Shown here: positions 37,501 through 50,375 of the stretch, piece by piece
How the letters are laid out: each line of letters begins with the position of its first letter
Numbering within the stretch: the stretch's first letter is position 1
Assembly (NCBI RefSeq): GCF_002113885.1
Contig: NW_018406552.1
Location: 698,308 to 762,307 of the forward strand
Reading direction: 5' to 3'
Source: Mizuhopecten yessoensis
Taxonomy: Eukaryota
DNA: 64,000 bases
Made by a program: the position numbers and the translations under genes
The notes under the pieces: model-generated
Database searches by the model: none
What the model saw: only the letters and a program-made list of their open reading frames with translations
What the model was told of the DNA's origin: nothing

Positions 37501-40500
37501 ATTAAATTCCCTATATATGGTCTCATGAAGCACTGGATATACATGTTTCGGGTTGGTGAATATTTCAGTCACAAACATACAACTTAGATGTTATTATACT
37601 GGCAAGTCATTTAATTATATTTACCATTGCCTGTCATTTGAACTGTATTTCCATACCACATTCAAATGATTTTTATATAGGCTATGATGTCATGAGCCGA
37701 TTGTTAACGTCATAATTAGTTTGACATTATATTTGTTACGTTGGATACCACTTTCCCTCTCTGGACAGATGATCATCCTATTTATTATGATATATTATAT
37801 TTTATTCATTAAACAAGCTTTAACGTAAATTGCATTATTTGAACTAAACGCTGAAAAAAAATGAAATGTCTATGAGAGAAACAGAATAAAAAAGGTAAAT
37901 TTAAATGGACAATAGCCAAATTTAAACTAAGGCGCGATTCATATTGTCTATGAACGCCAGCTGAAAGAAGTTCAATGTTTTATATGACATTGTGTAATAA
38001 TGATTAATGCCGATATCAGTGATGTCATGATTCATGATAATTGTTTTCCAGGACGCAGGTTTCATGTGTTGCAAAGAGAAAAAAAAAGTTTATTTTTATT
38101 TTTGAAATGATAAAAAACGTCGTAAGTTATAACATGTGTCTTTATATATTTTGATTACTATTTAAATAGAATAATATAAACATGACAGCAAAGCGTCGAT
38201 ATTTATTCAAAGATAAGGGACGGGTCGCCTCGATAAATTGAGAAGTTCGCACTGCCCTTATTACGTCTTTGCTTATAGGACTTACACAACTTAATCATTT
38301 AATATATGTTATTATTACGCTTTTGAGGTAATAGCGTTAATATTTGAAGTACAACACTAGTGACAACTGTCTAGATTCACAGATACATACCTGCCAAAGG
38401 CTTCAAAAGGCTTCAAAAGGCATTTTTTGGTGAGTTTAGTGCCAAATAAGAGCGCTACAGTCGTCTGCTTTAAACAGCCAGAAGTTTACAAGCAAAACCT
38501 GTTAAGTGGGACGGGAACACCCCCTGACATTTTACCCCATATCAATCCGCCATCACATATTAAAATCTACTAAAACTATATATGTTTCTAAAGTTCAATA
38601 TCTGTAGCTTTCTTTCAATGTAAAATATGTCAACAATTACCTATTTAAATCACTCAGAGGCACTGTATTAAACCGGAACAAATTTTAGGTCGGGGTTACA
38701 ATCGTATGAAACACTTGCTGATTGGCTGATTTAGTTGTGTGAGTCCTTATATTGATATGTAGATGATACGCAATCAACGAATATTTGTTCGGATTCAGCA
38801 GTATTAGATCATATTGTTAATAATATACACATATTGATCTAATTCATCTTTTGTGATCTGATATATCATATTGCTTTCTTGTTTTGTTTTGTCTTCTTTA
38901 TTTGGTTTCTACTACTTCAACGATATGAAATTGCTACTTGGTTACTGTGTTATTTGTTGTGATATATGTCATTGTTTATGCGTATTATTTTTTTAAGTGG
39001 ATTACATCAAACATTTTTCAAATTCCGTTGTCCTCAATGTCGCTATTACTTCTTTACTTATATCATTTTATGCACACACAAAAAAAAAGTTATGATACAC
39101 TTTGTTCATTTTAAGAATGTAAATAATCAGTCATACCGAACGAGGTGTTTCTGATAGGAATTGTTTCATACAGGTAATGAAGGAATTGATTAGCTTTTCA
39201 ATCTTTAACCGTTGGCACATCCAGATCTTTGTGAAAGAATAGTTTTTTATTAAGTATTTTGAATATAACTTAAACAACGTTTAAAAAATAGGTATAAAGA
39301 TGGAAAACAAATATCACAAGACTTGAGCTCTGGAACACTGAGGTTACCTAACCTACAAAAAATGGACGAGGGGATTTACTCATGTATGGCAGAGTCTGAA
39401 GCTGGAATCGTCAAATCAGAAAGCGTGCTGGTCAATGTGAAAGGTAACTGGTCTTGATCTACAGTATTCCTATGTATATATGCCACGCGTGACTTTTATT
39501 TATTTTCAAAATCTATTTACTCCAAGGATTGAGACCTTTTGATGACATTCTATCGGGAAAATGATGAGCAATTGCATTTCAAAATTGCGCATGAGACATC
39601 TTAAATTTGTTAAAACTATTGAGCTCGCTCTTAATTGGCTAATATTGCTTTGAACAATTATTAACAGTGAAATTCATAAATCACCATGATAATATGGAGC
39701 TGTTGCCTCCTTTACATCTTAATAACAAATGTTTGTAATCTAAATTGATTGCTTAAAATTGTATAAAAAGAAGATCCAGCAATGTTTTAAATAAACAGTT
39801 TACCATACTTTAATGGCACACATTCTCATCTTTACGTTCATGGTGTCACATATGATGTACACACAGATGCACAAATACATTATATTTCGTCCTACGAAAG
39901 CTATGATTTTGGCTTACTAAATTCTACACGTTTGTTACGATTGCCATTCTATTGTCTATCCAGATGTTTCAAAGGACACGTGTGACAAGTATCCCGTATC
40001 AAAGAAAGAGAGATTACCTGCTGGATGTTTTGCTACAGTCAACGGTGTTCAGCAAAATGAAGTAGATATCGGACAATGTGTTCAACTACCGTGCATCACA
40101 TCGACAGACATTGATAATGGGACATGTGAAGAATGGTGGCCGTCAAAATGCTGCAATGTCGAAACAGTTGATAGAATCGAGGTTACATGCCCAGACTTTA
40201 CGTATTCATTAAATAAAATCGAAACATGTGGTTGCAGTTTGGGAACAACTGTTACAAGAGTAACAGCATTTGCCTATGGTATTAGGAATGGAACACGTGT
40301 ACCTTTCCAAAGAGGGAAAGTATTTGTTGATGGAGGCAAACTCACATATTCAAGTTCATCTGGAATGCTTTCTTTCAGTATTCCTTTTGAAAAGACAGAA
40401 GTTACTCTTTCCCTTCAGGAGGACATCAAGGGAGAGTTCCTGGACTCGATTAAGACATTGAAGTTAACTCCTGGAAAAATGATGACCGTGAACGTTATAT

Positions 40501-43204
40501 TACCATTACGGCCAATCCCTGTATCATTCAATACCAGAATGGGATTAAGCATCCCCCTCAATAATGTAGATGGTGCTGACAGAGTGGCAACGGTTTCTAT
40601 TCCTTCAGACTCTATGTTGGATAAAGACGGTAACAAATATGAAGGTGCGGCTAATGCTTTTGTTAACTTCATGGATCCAAGAAAACTCGAGGATCTGCAG
40701 GCCGCTGACGGAAGTTTCACGACTTTAGATGACAACGGAAATGCAGCACCTCTTGAAACATTCGGAATGTTTCGTATGCATTTTGAGGATAACTCAGGTA
40801 GTGAATTGTCCCTTTCTGGACCAATAACTACACAGATGGATGCTAGTTTGTTCAATATATCACAAGACAAGGATGGAAATCCGGATTTATCAATGTGGCA
40901 CCTGGATCCAAACACCGGAAAATGGGTAGAACAGGGAGCATTCCGATATGTTCAAACCCAGGGGAAGCGTAGATTGTTAGCAAAAACATTGATTGAAGGA
41001 ACGATTGATCCCAGTAGCATCCCTAAAATAGATTTGATGTATACGTCAGTAACATCGAAAACAATAAGCCGTCCGATCTACTCTAATTGTGATAAAAACC
41101 GCATAATTGGTTATACGTACAGCAGATATATACAGAAGAATCCACCCGCACCTAAAGACGATGCCTGCTATGTCAGGGTTCGAACATACACTGACTTCAC
41201 ACTCACAGATTATTTGAAAGGAGTGACTGTAACTGCTATTACAAAGGAACTGAACGGTCCTCGTTTTAAAGGCATCAGTACATCATCAACTGATGAAAAC
41301 GGCATTGCGTGCGTGGAAATATTCTGCAACTCCATTGTGTATCTGTACACGACGTTTGGAACTCAGATGTACGCTACTGATCAGCACAGCCTTCCTGACA
41401 ATTATCCGTTCAAGAACATTCAAAATTTAACACAAGTACAGTTCACGTCCATAGACCCGTACATTAATCAGCCTCGAAGTGACAAAATGTACAGCCCTGC
41501 TTATGATTTCAAAAAGAAACCACAATGTGAAAAGCCTTCCTTTTCTGATGGACTTTTTCAATTTGCTCCGATCAAAAAGGAAAATAGACTAGAGACATCT
41601 CTTAGAATAAATGTCCTTGACCAAAGACTGGCCTGGTATACAAGACCTGTTGAAGATCCACTACATAAATCATGCTTCATAAAGTTGAATATTAAGGTAA
41701 ATAAAGATGTTGATGAATTATATTCATTTTTTTGCGATGAAGTAATGTTATATATTTAGATCAGAGGGAACGCATAATATTTGGTAGCATTTTTTATGTG
41801 TCTTTACAACATCATTTAAGATACCCTGTTTCTATTTCAACGAATAATAATAAATCCGATTAACTTGTCTATTGTCTGATAAAGAATGTAACCAGATTTT
41901 TTTGAAATATAAATTATAAATGTTAAGGTGTTCTACACCAGTTTTTAGTTTCATCAACCGCTTATTTCAAATAAATGCATTTATAGTTGGTATAGATTGA
42001 CATTTGATTAAAAATATGCATTTAAGAGACTGAAGTTGAGATTTGTTCAAAACAGGTTTAATCCGTCACAGCTTAGTGAAAAGGATTTACAAGATATATT
42101 ATATCTTATAGTATTCATTCGTGTCATTACCCATTATTTATTGTCATTATTAGTTGTTTTTGCAACATGAAATATTTCTATTTTAATTGACAAAGTATCA
42201 ACCACATGAACAAAATATGGTTTTCTATTTAAGCAGAATTTGTTCTTTATATAACCAATATTGAGGTATTTTTAAAAATGTTTGTTAACAAAATACCAAT
42301 AGTTAACTGATTAAATATGCCGCGTGACATGTATACCTTTGCGAATTAATTGAACATTCATTGCTTTCTTTTTCAGTCAAACATTCACAGTTTTGACATA
42401 ATCAGCAAGAGCTTCATACAGGATGACCCCTCACAACGTGATGAGTATGGAACTTACTTTACATCTCCCTACTGGGATGAGACCACAGATCGCCGGTACT
42501 CCAAAGCGGCATGTATTGAGTTCCGATGTTCCGGGCTGGTTGTGGACGGGGCAACGAAAACACAGAATGTACCGACATTGGTGTACATCTACGTGGCGAG
42601 CGACGAAGGAGCAAGGTGCACTATCGAGTAAGTATATACCAAAATAATACGCGTTTCATGAAGACTTGCATTGGTTTGATATACAATGTAATAACAAGGT
42701 TCGATATTAAAGATAGCTTTAACATTTTGTTATATACCAACCGTTAGTGATATATAGCCATTGTTTATCGCAAAGTTTCAAATGCTTAGATGGTATTGTG
42801 TTCTATTTTGTTGTTAACTATATACGTAGTTATCATATAAAGCACATGTCATATTACTCATAATACATATTGCATTTCATACAAGAAATCAAAGGGCCAA
42901 CAAATCTCCATGTAATGCATACTTCGTTTTGAAATATTAAATGACACTCATAAAGATTGTTACTTTAATTATGTATGTTTTGTACAGTTCCAGTTCCGTT
43001 GCCGTTAATCAAACCGGAATGGGAAATAGCTATGTATTTTTGGCTAACCCGAGAGATCAATATGGCCAGCAATATGGAGTTTTTATCAGAAACCAGCCGG
43101 CTGATGACGTCAGACAGATGTGTGAAAGTGGGACAACATCCGGTAGTGTTTCCTCTACGATGAAACCTGACAAGAACCCAGCTTTCCAGTTAACGTGCAT
43201 ATAA
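31514..43204 (+). CDS. CILP-like protein B, ~1071 aa, tandem paralogue of A, type II membrane-anchored. Exons: 31514-31727, 33648-33695, 33963-34139, 35000-35314, 37042-37150, 39292-39443, 39964-41696, 42377-42627, 42988-43204
   Basis: Same nine-exon structure and phases as gene A. Exons 2-6 and 8 have identical lengths (48, 177, 315, 109, 152, 251 nt). Total 3216 nt, open frame, same domain order and motifs. A second possible acceptor 6 nt downstream exists for the last exon. Confidence 0.9.
38275..38751. mobile_element. Possible MITE in intron 5 of gene B
   Basis: Imperfect ~23-bp inverted repeats ATAGGACTTACACAACTTAATCA / TGATTTAGTTGTGTGAGTCCTTAT. Confidence 0.5.
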
Positions 43205-44398
43205 TAGTATCCTATGTATCAAAATATATCCAGACTCTATATACACTTCCTTTTTCAGAATTAATTTGATTCCGAACGATTCATAATAAAAATCATAATA
43301 GATAGATAAAGGACGTCATGTATTTGCCGCTAGAGTTAAGAGTTTGACAAATGCGAATACATATTCGCTTAACTGGTTTCTATTTTTGTTTTAAAGTGTG
43401 TGGCTATGTTTCTCACATCAAATCCTTCTTAATTGAGTTAAAATTATGCTGCCTTGTAATGTTTTGAAACTATTATACACATATTGTCTAGTGTGAAATC
43501 AAGTTAAATGAAAACACATGTTTATGTCAATACATTGTCAAATTATTGACGCAACAATTCTGTTACAATTATCAAAATACCTTTTTACCGTAAATAAACA
43601 GATGAGTGTCCCTCTCAAGATTGTTTTGTTCCTTTAAAGTAATGCTTGTATACCTTCTTGTCCGTATTCAAAATCCATTTTGAATTGTTCGGTAATCTAT
43701 TCTTTCTAATTCAACTAAATATGTTTACAAAAGTTTCCACATTGTATCGGATAATTTAAACGACATTCAATGCAACAGGGAATTGTCAATTGTCATACGA
43801 ACATGTATATCAGGTTCTGTTCTTAAACCACCTAACCGTTGTAATTATTTTTAGAGTTCAAGATATTATCGATACAAAGCCGAAAGGCAAGAAATAAAGA
43901 AAAGATAGAAACACTTATCGAATTATAACTGGTAAACATTCGGCGAAAGGGTAATAAAACAAAGCCTCTTGTGCATATTGAGCCATGAACCGTGAAAAGA
44001 ATCGAAAACAAATGTCCTCTTGATGATACTTCAGAAGCACTGTCCCACTGCAGACAAAGCACTCATTACTTCCACAGTGCTTTACCATACACACATGTAC
44101 AGCAACGTCCAATTAATTTGGTTTCGTGGACAACTGTAGTGAGACTTCATCTGACGAGGTAACGTATCTTAATTAATCGACTGTATTGCAAATCTGAGGA
44201 CGAGTGTTGTACTCCCGGTTGGCCCGGTGGCATTTTTAACTCTTAGAAACACTGTTGTTTACTTTTTGTTGGTACATTACGTATATAGTGTTCCATAAAA
44301 TCTGCAATGTATGTGTTTCTTTTCACATCTAATTGGTTAAAGCAATTGTAATTCTGGTAATAAAATGATTATATGATCAGACCCGTTGATAATAAATA

Positions 44399-45243
44399 CA
44401 GTTGTGTGACCGCACAACGCACCAAAAATACCGTGCACACACCGTTCATACATCGTTCACACACCGTCCGCACATCGTCTACAGATGGTGCGCACAACTG
44501 GGCGATTTAACAATCGTTCGCCCCGTTGTGCGCTTCCCTCCTCACAACTGTGCGATTTGGTACAATTTGTTGATCAATATTACGGAATGAAAAAAACCGT
44601 AAACTGTATATCTTACTGTAATTTTTCATCAAAATAATTAAGATTACGTTCAATTTTACAATGCGTGTAGAACAATATACAGTGACCGTTAGACTGTCAA
44701 TACTGGGGATTTGGCTCCTAGCTAGGTAACAGAACAGGTAAATAACGATTTGATGAGTGACCGGAGTTTTACCTGGCCTGTACCTGACACATATAGCTGC
44801 TATGTGATACCGTATGACCGTTATGAAAACACATCTGTACGTTGAGTATTTGTTATTTGCATTCGTTCTGATCTAGAGCTCCCCTTACCTTGGGGAGTTA
44901 CGTAAGTGCCCCGGGCGGGGAAAAACTACGGTTGAGATACAAAGTGGCTATGGTCGTTTAAAAAACACTGAAGCACCATTTCTAAATTTAAGAAAGTATA
45001 GACAGAAGATAAGCTTATAGATGTAGCTAGAATATAGAAACATACTCAACAATCAAGTTTATATGTTTAAACACCAAACCGTATATATTGTTAAGTCATT
45101 CCTCAATTTACACCAACCACGATTGTTATCGCACAACGTTCGTCGATCGTCCGCACAAATGTGCGCAAGCAATGATCGTCCAATTTTTATCGTTCACACT
45201 CCGTGCACACATCGTGCGCACACGTTGTGCGATCCCACAACTG
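44399..45243. mobile_element. Tc1/mariner-type MITE (~845 bp) between the 3' ends of genes B and C
   Basis: TA|CAGTTGTGTGACCGCACAACG ... CGTTGTGCGATCCCACAACTG|TA: TA target duplication, TIR starting CAGT, and subterminal CGT(G/T)CAC/GCAC-rich repeats at both ends. Confidence 0.8.
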
Positions 45244-45770
45244 TATATATATATACATGGATTGTCTTAACCGAAGTGGTTTTTGAGTTTGCAGGTTCAT
45301 AAAATACCTTCAATGTTTGTGAAATCGAGAAGAGAAAATTTGTTTTTTCAAGAATAGGGAAATTGAAGTAAATATCTCTTTCATTAACATCATTACATTA
45401 TGCTAGTGGAACAAAAGTTATATCGAAATATGTCTCAGCCAATCATAGCGGCCACGGCGGCGGCGGCGGCAATATTTGATGTCTGATCGAGAAAAAATAA
45501 TACACATCTGCATATGTATATCAATATATACTTATGTGAAGTTTCATAAGTATGCATCGCAGGAAGCGTCCGATAAACATTTGGAAGAAAAAGAAGAAAA
45601 CATGGGTCCAATCATGTAGTTCTCATAATATAGTAATGAAGAAAACATGCAAAATATCGTAATGTATTTTATATTTTATTTATTCTAAATTGAATATGGG
45701 TTCGCGTATGAAATATTAATGAATCTTAACAAGTTCATTAAATTACATGTACAAGTACACACAAACTCAA

Positions 45771-48700
45771 TCAGCCAACTAAATTATCAGACGGTAAATT
45801 CGCCTCACATGTAAACTGAAAGGCATAGCCTGTATCTGGGTTCATTTCGTAATTGTCAATTATATCATTGGCCCCGGTAAAGCAAAGTGACTTAGCAACC
45901 TTTCGGACTTTATTAAAATATATACCAGCATTCGGCCCATAATCATCATGAGGTGTCAAGGATATTTCAAAGTTAGAGTTGGTTATATTGAAGCCGCCCG
46001 ATTGAAAATCCGGTGAAATATTACTGCAAATAAAATAAAACTTGTAAGCATCTACAAAAAATCGTAAAATCCCAGAATTAACAGTACATATCAGCATCAA
46101 ATACGACTTAAATACAGTCTTGCTGAATTCCTTTAACATTTCATGTCCCTCCAAGATGGTGGTTACATTTTTGTTTACTATTTGCAGGCAATGTACACTG
46201 GAAGCAGATTTTTGATGCATTATGAGTAATCAGTGCTCTTCTTAAAAATAAAACGTTGTTTGGCGAATGGATTTTTCGCCTAATGAAGAATTGAACTACT
46301 CGGCAACCGAGCAGTCTAAAACACACTCAGATTAACAAAAGGTTTGGTTAGTGAGGTGGTAGAGCGCTAGGCTTGTGACCTTGAGATGTAAAAATCGACT
46401 TCAAGCAAAGTCTTTATCCATTTATTTAAATTTCATTTATGCTATTGTTTTCAACAGGGCATTTATTAGTGTAAGATGTTATCAAACATACCCTTTGAAC
46501 AGTGTGCAAGGTGGTAGATCTACGGGTAAATGAAACTGCAGAACGGCGAGACACAGATAACTTTTCAACTTTTTTCTAGTTATAAATATGAACCCAAATC
46601 GCAGACAAATCATAACTTTGAAAGGTCGCCTTTCCGTGTCATTTGTTAATAATCTGTTTAGTTTATTGTAAATATTGATGAAATCATAGATCTTTCATTA
46701 TTGTATGCTGCAGCTGTATAAATATCAAGAATTATCATAACAGTTTGAATAAGCATCATTGAATCGTTTATTTATTGCCGCTTAGTAAAATTACTAGAGT
46801 AGCATTTCAAGAATGAAATACATACCTTTTCCTGCAAGAAACTGATCTAGGAACTGTCAGTTTTCCTTCTAATCTCGTAGCGATGATTTTCCCACTGCTC
46901 GGATCTTCATAGGGGCATCTGTATTCTATACATGCCGCTCTATTCAAAATATTGCCAGCCTTTGGGTCTTCTTTTGGTCCTGACGTCATACTTCCGTAAT
47001 AGAAGTTACTTTGGTTATTGTAACTTTCCAGTTTGATACTGACGTTATAGAATGGTGTCTACAAAGGAAATGCCGTACAATATTACCATAAATAAAATTT
47101 GCATATTGAAACTAAAATATCACATCAGATGATATTGTCGTCATGACGATTAACTTGTAACCGTTTATTGCAGAGCAGAACCGAATTAACTGCGAAATTT
47201 TAAAATCCAAAATCAGATTAGGCTTGTTAATGTCTACTGGGGAAAGAACACTCAATGTCCTCCAGGAATATGTCAGTTTATATAATATTTGTAGATCTAT
47301 CATTTTCCCCCTCAAAATAAAGACAAAATAAAGAAAAATGTTAATTATGTCCCTTGCTTAATAGTTGAAAGTATTATTGCTTTTGTAAGACAAGTGGCAT
47401 TTGATCACATGTACACGCATAGCCTTTCATGTGACATTTAAAAGCATAACCACCTACCTTTTTTCCTAAAGCATATAGAAATGCATATTTTCTATAAAAA
47501 CTGTTACTAAAAGATTCAGATATCCACATTCCTGAACAAGAAGCCCATTATATGTTCTACCCCGATTGCTATAGATGTTAATAATTAAAATAATGTAGAC
47601 TGCCATATTTTTTGTTACACATTATCCTAGAAAAGCTTGTTCGCTAAGCCTTAATAATGTTATGAAACGTCGTCATATATCCCATTTAGTAAAACAACAC
47701 ATGCTGAAATGTCTGTTTTTGACAAAATAATAACAAATGCAACAAGGAGTTGTAACAAATGTTGTATGATAAAAACCGAAATAAATACCTGGACCTTGAC
47801 CTTGATGTAGCAGACCTTATATCCAGACTCGCCCTCACGTAGTGGGTACCACGATTCGTCGTAAGAGAGTTTTGATGCATTTGTGTTTTCTTCGAATTTA
47901 TCCGGTGGTCCAAGGAAATGAAAACCGATGTAATAAGCTAATGGCTGTGGATTTTTGCACTCAGGAAGAAAGCCTTTTGTATAAACAGGACCAGGCGGAT
48001 GAAAGAAAGCTGGAATCTGATATATTTTTTTTAACAGTATTTCGGTTGCACTTAATGACGTACTGCTTAATTGACTTGGCATCAATTGATTGGCAGCTAT
48101 ATGTAAGCGCTCGATTCCAGTATCGACAAATATTATAGCATTTTTTCTACATATTGTTCGAACACATGCGTTACCGTTTATATCAGTTTGGGCTTCTGTA
48201 TAGCCCGTGAAATTAATGTTATTGTCCGAGTGCGTCGGGTCTATAACTAGCGCAAACACAGACACATTATTTGCCGGGTACTTAAGTGCTGAACTCTTGA
48301 AGACTTTAACATTGACGTAGCAGTAATGTATACGAAGACCATCCAGCATGGAGGCTTCAGTCAAGTAGTTCACTTGTGCATCGTAGGTAGAGTCCGATCC
48401 ATTGTCGAGAGTGAAATTTCGTGCTCTATCAAAAAGTAGTGCTCTGTGCACGTGTATTTTTCTTGCCGGTACTGAAATATAAACAACTATCACTTCATAG
48501 TATCGAAAAATGTACATCTATTTTGCGTGATGCAATAGTGCGTTTCTGCTTCAAGCGCATTAAGGTAAAATAACTGAATTATTTAATAGTATCTCTCAAA
48601 GTTGAAATAGAAAGAGAATCTGACGACATTTTGCTAGAAATAATATATAATGTCTATAAAACTGCTATGTTGGGTGAAACCTCAGATTTTGCGTTAAATG

Positions 48701-50375
48701 ATTACGAAGGGGTGCGCAAAATTTTAAGGAATGATATCGGTTTTGTACGTATCTTCACATTATTTATTTGATTATAATGATATACATAGAAATCTCGGTC
48801 AAATCCAAGTAATATCACCTCATCAAAATGAGAACCAGGAAACCATGACAACACCAATGAGTGTGATACATACTACTGTGTTGTATGTTTGACCGTCAGT
48901 AGTCGTCATTTATCAAAGAAATCATGATATGCAATACTGAATCAACTGCGATGTAAACATCAAAGGCTTAGAAAGTATGATGCTTATCGTATAGTTAATT
49001 AGTACGTCTTCCATGAAAATAACGTTGCTTGTAAAACTCGAGATATAGGCTGTTGTTGTTCATGACGAAAAAACGATCGACGTGGTCATTGAATTTCTTG
49101 TTATTTATAATAGTACATCCTCGAAATATACTAACGTGAAATTGAAATATTTGATAAGGTTGTGTAACCATTCCTTATGATCTCATTAATAAATTCAACT
49201 TCATATGAGGCACAGTAAACAAGTGGTAAGACGCCGGGCTCGTGAACCAATTGTTTACCGTGCGAGTCACGTCACGTTGTATCTTTGAACAAGATACTTT
49301 TCTCCGCTTGCTCCAGTCTACTCAGCTGAAAAATATTACTTGACTAGGCAGTGATAGAATTGTTGATTGCTAGATGTGAGTGCACAGAACCGGCTCTATG
49401 CTCCCCATGGAGTTGACAAAGATATTGGCTGGTTGCAAAGGCCCAATAACCACCTTTGAGACAATCTACGACCTAGGTTTTGATTAAGCGGTATATAAGA
49501 ACATCGCATTATTAATTATTATTATTTATGAAAACAAAAATAAGTTGGACTGAATGGGTAAATAATTCGTTCCCATAGAAATGCATAAAGTTTGAAAAAT
49601 ATAGCTTGCCAACTCGTAAGAAAACCATATAAATAATAGTCAACCAGCTGCTCAATCAGTCTCACAAGTTCGAAATCAATATGTTTTTATTTGGAGTTTG
49701 TTTTTATCACGAAATATGACTTTTGTTTTTTTTTTGCAAACTTCAATTATTACTTTTATATGATTGACACAGTTATCAAGAGGGGAATCAGTTGTGCCAG
49801 GTGTTGTATAAAACAATCTGATTTCCCATTTGGTTTGTGTTTACAAATTTGGATGTTTACATGTGGTTGTTAGAGTCAAAGCTTTATCGTGGTTTATTTC
49901 AAGGATAATATTTCAAAGCCAATTTTTTTTTCTTCATTTACCTATCTATATAACGTCTCATTGGCTTTTGAAAACAATATGAACATTTATGAAAAGTTAG
50001 ATAAATATGTTACAAAGTTACAAAGTTTGTAGTATTTATCAAAGAGGTGTGATTGATAACAAGATGCCTTTTGTAACACAGACCGTTTTCTTTATTGCAC
50101 ATTTAATTATGCAAAGTTACTTACGTCAAATTTCAGAATAAACAGTAAGTTGAGTTGAAGATGTGAACCATAGGAAAACAGTTTCCATTGATTTAAATAG
50201 GGATACATAGATTAATAGAATAAAAACATGAGATTTCCTTATTTCAGTAAAAACATATGAACATTTAACTTTAAATATTTTGCATGAATGTCTCACCTTG
50301 TTGACCGATGACAAAATGTTGTGATACAAGTGCAACCAATAGCAAATAGCGAACGATCACGAAACAGCAAGTCAT
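45771..50375 (-). CDS. Secreted CILP C-terminal-fragment-only protein (gene C), ~415 aa. Exons: 50297-50375, 47789-48471, 46826-47058, 45771-46023
   Basis: Exon 1 is signal-peptide-like, MTCCFVIVRYLLLVALVSQHFVIGQQ, with a phase-1 GTGAGA donor. Exons 2-4 carry CYVNVKV, NGNACVRTIC, GPVY, SWYP, CYIKVKVQ|, RAACIEYRC, YGPNAGIY, LCFTG and AFQFTC, matching the C-terminal part of genes A/B with the same phase-0 and phase-2 introns. 1248 nt in frame; nine N-glycosylation sequons. Confidence 0.85.
49207..49527 (+). mobile_element. tRNA-derived SINE (family 1), second copy, in intron 1 of gene C
   Basis: Collinear with the reverse complement of 1657-1989 (GAGGCACAGTA...CCAGTCTACTCAGCTG...TATGCTCCCC..GGAGTTGA.AAAGATATTGGCTGGTTGC...); ATT-repeat tail. 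Confidence 0.75.

Noticed and set aside
12011-43204. Genes A and B as a haplotype duplication artefact, or assigning CILP1 versus CILP2 symbols
   Set aside because: Introns are unalignable and several exons are strongly diverged, so these are true paralogues. CILP1/CILP2 are vertebrate duplicates, so one-to-one symbols are not justified.
46345-46410. tRNA gene (GTG anticodon-like loop)
   Set aside because: A-box-like start, but the T-arm/B-box is degenerate and no acceptor stem forms; at most a decayed SINE head.
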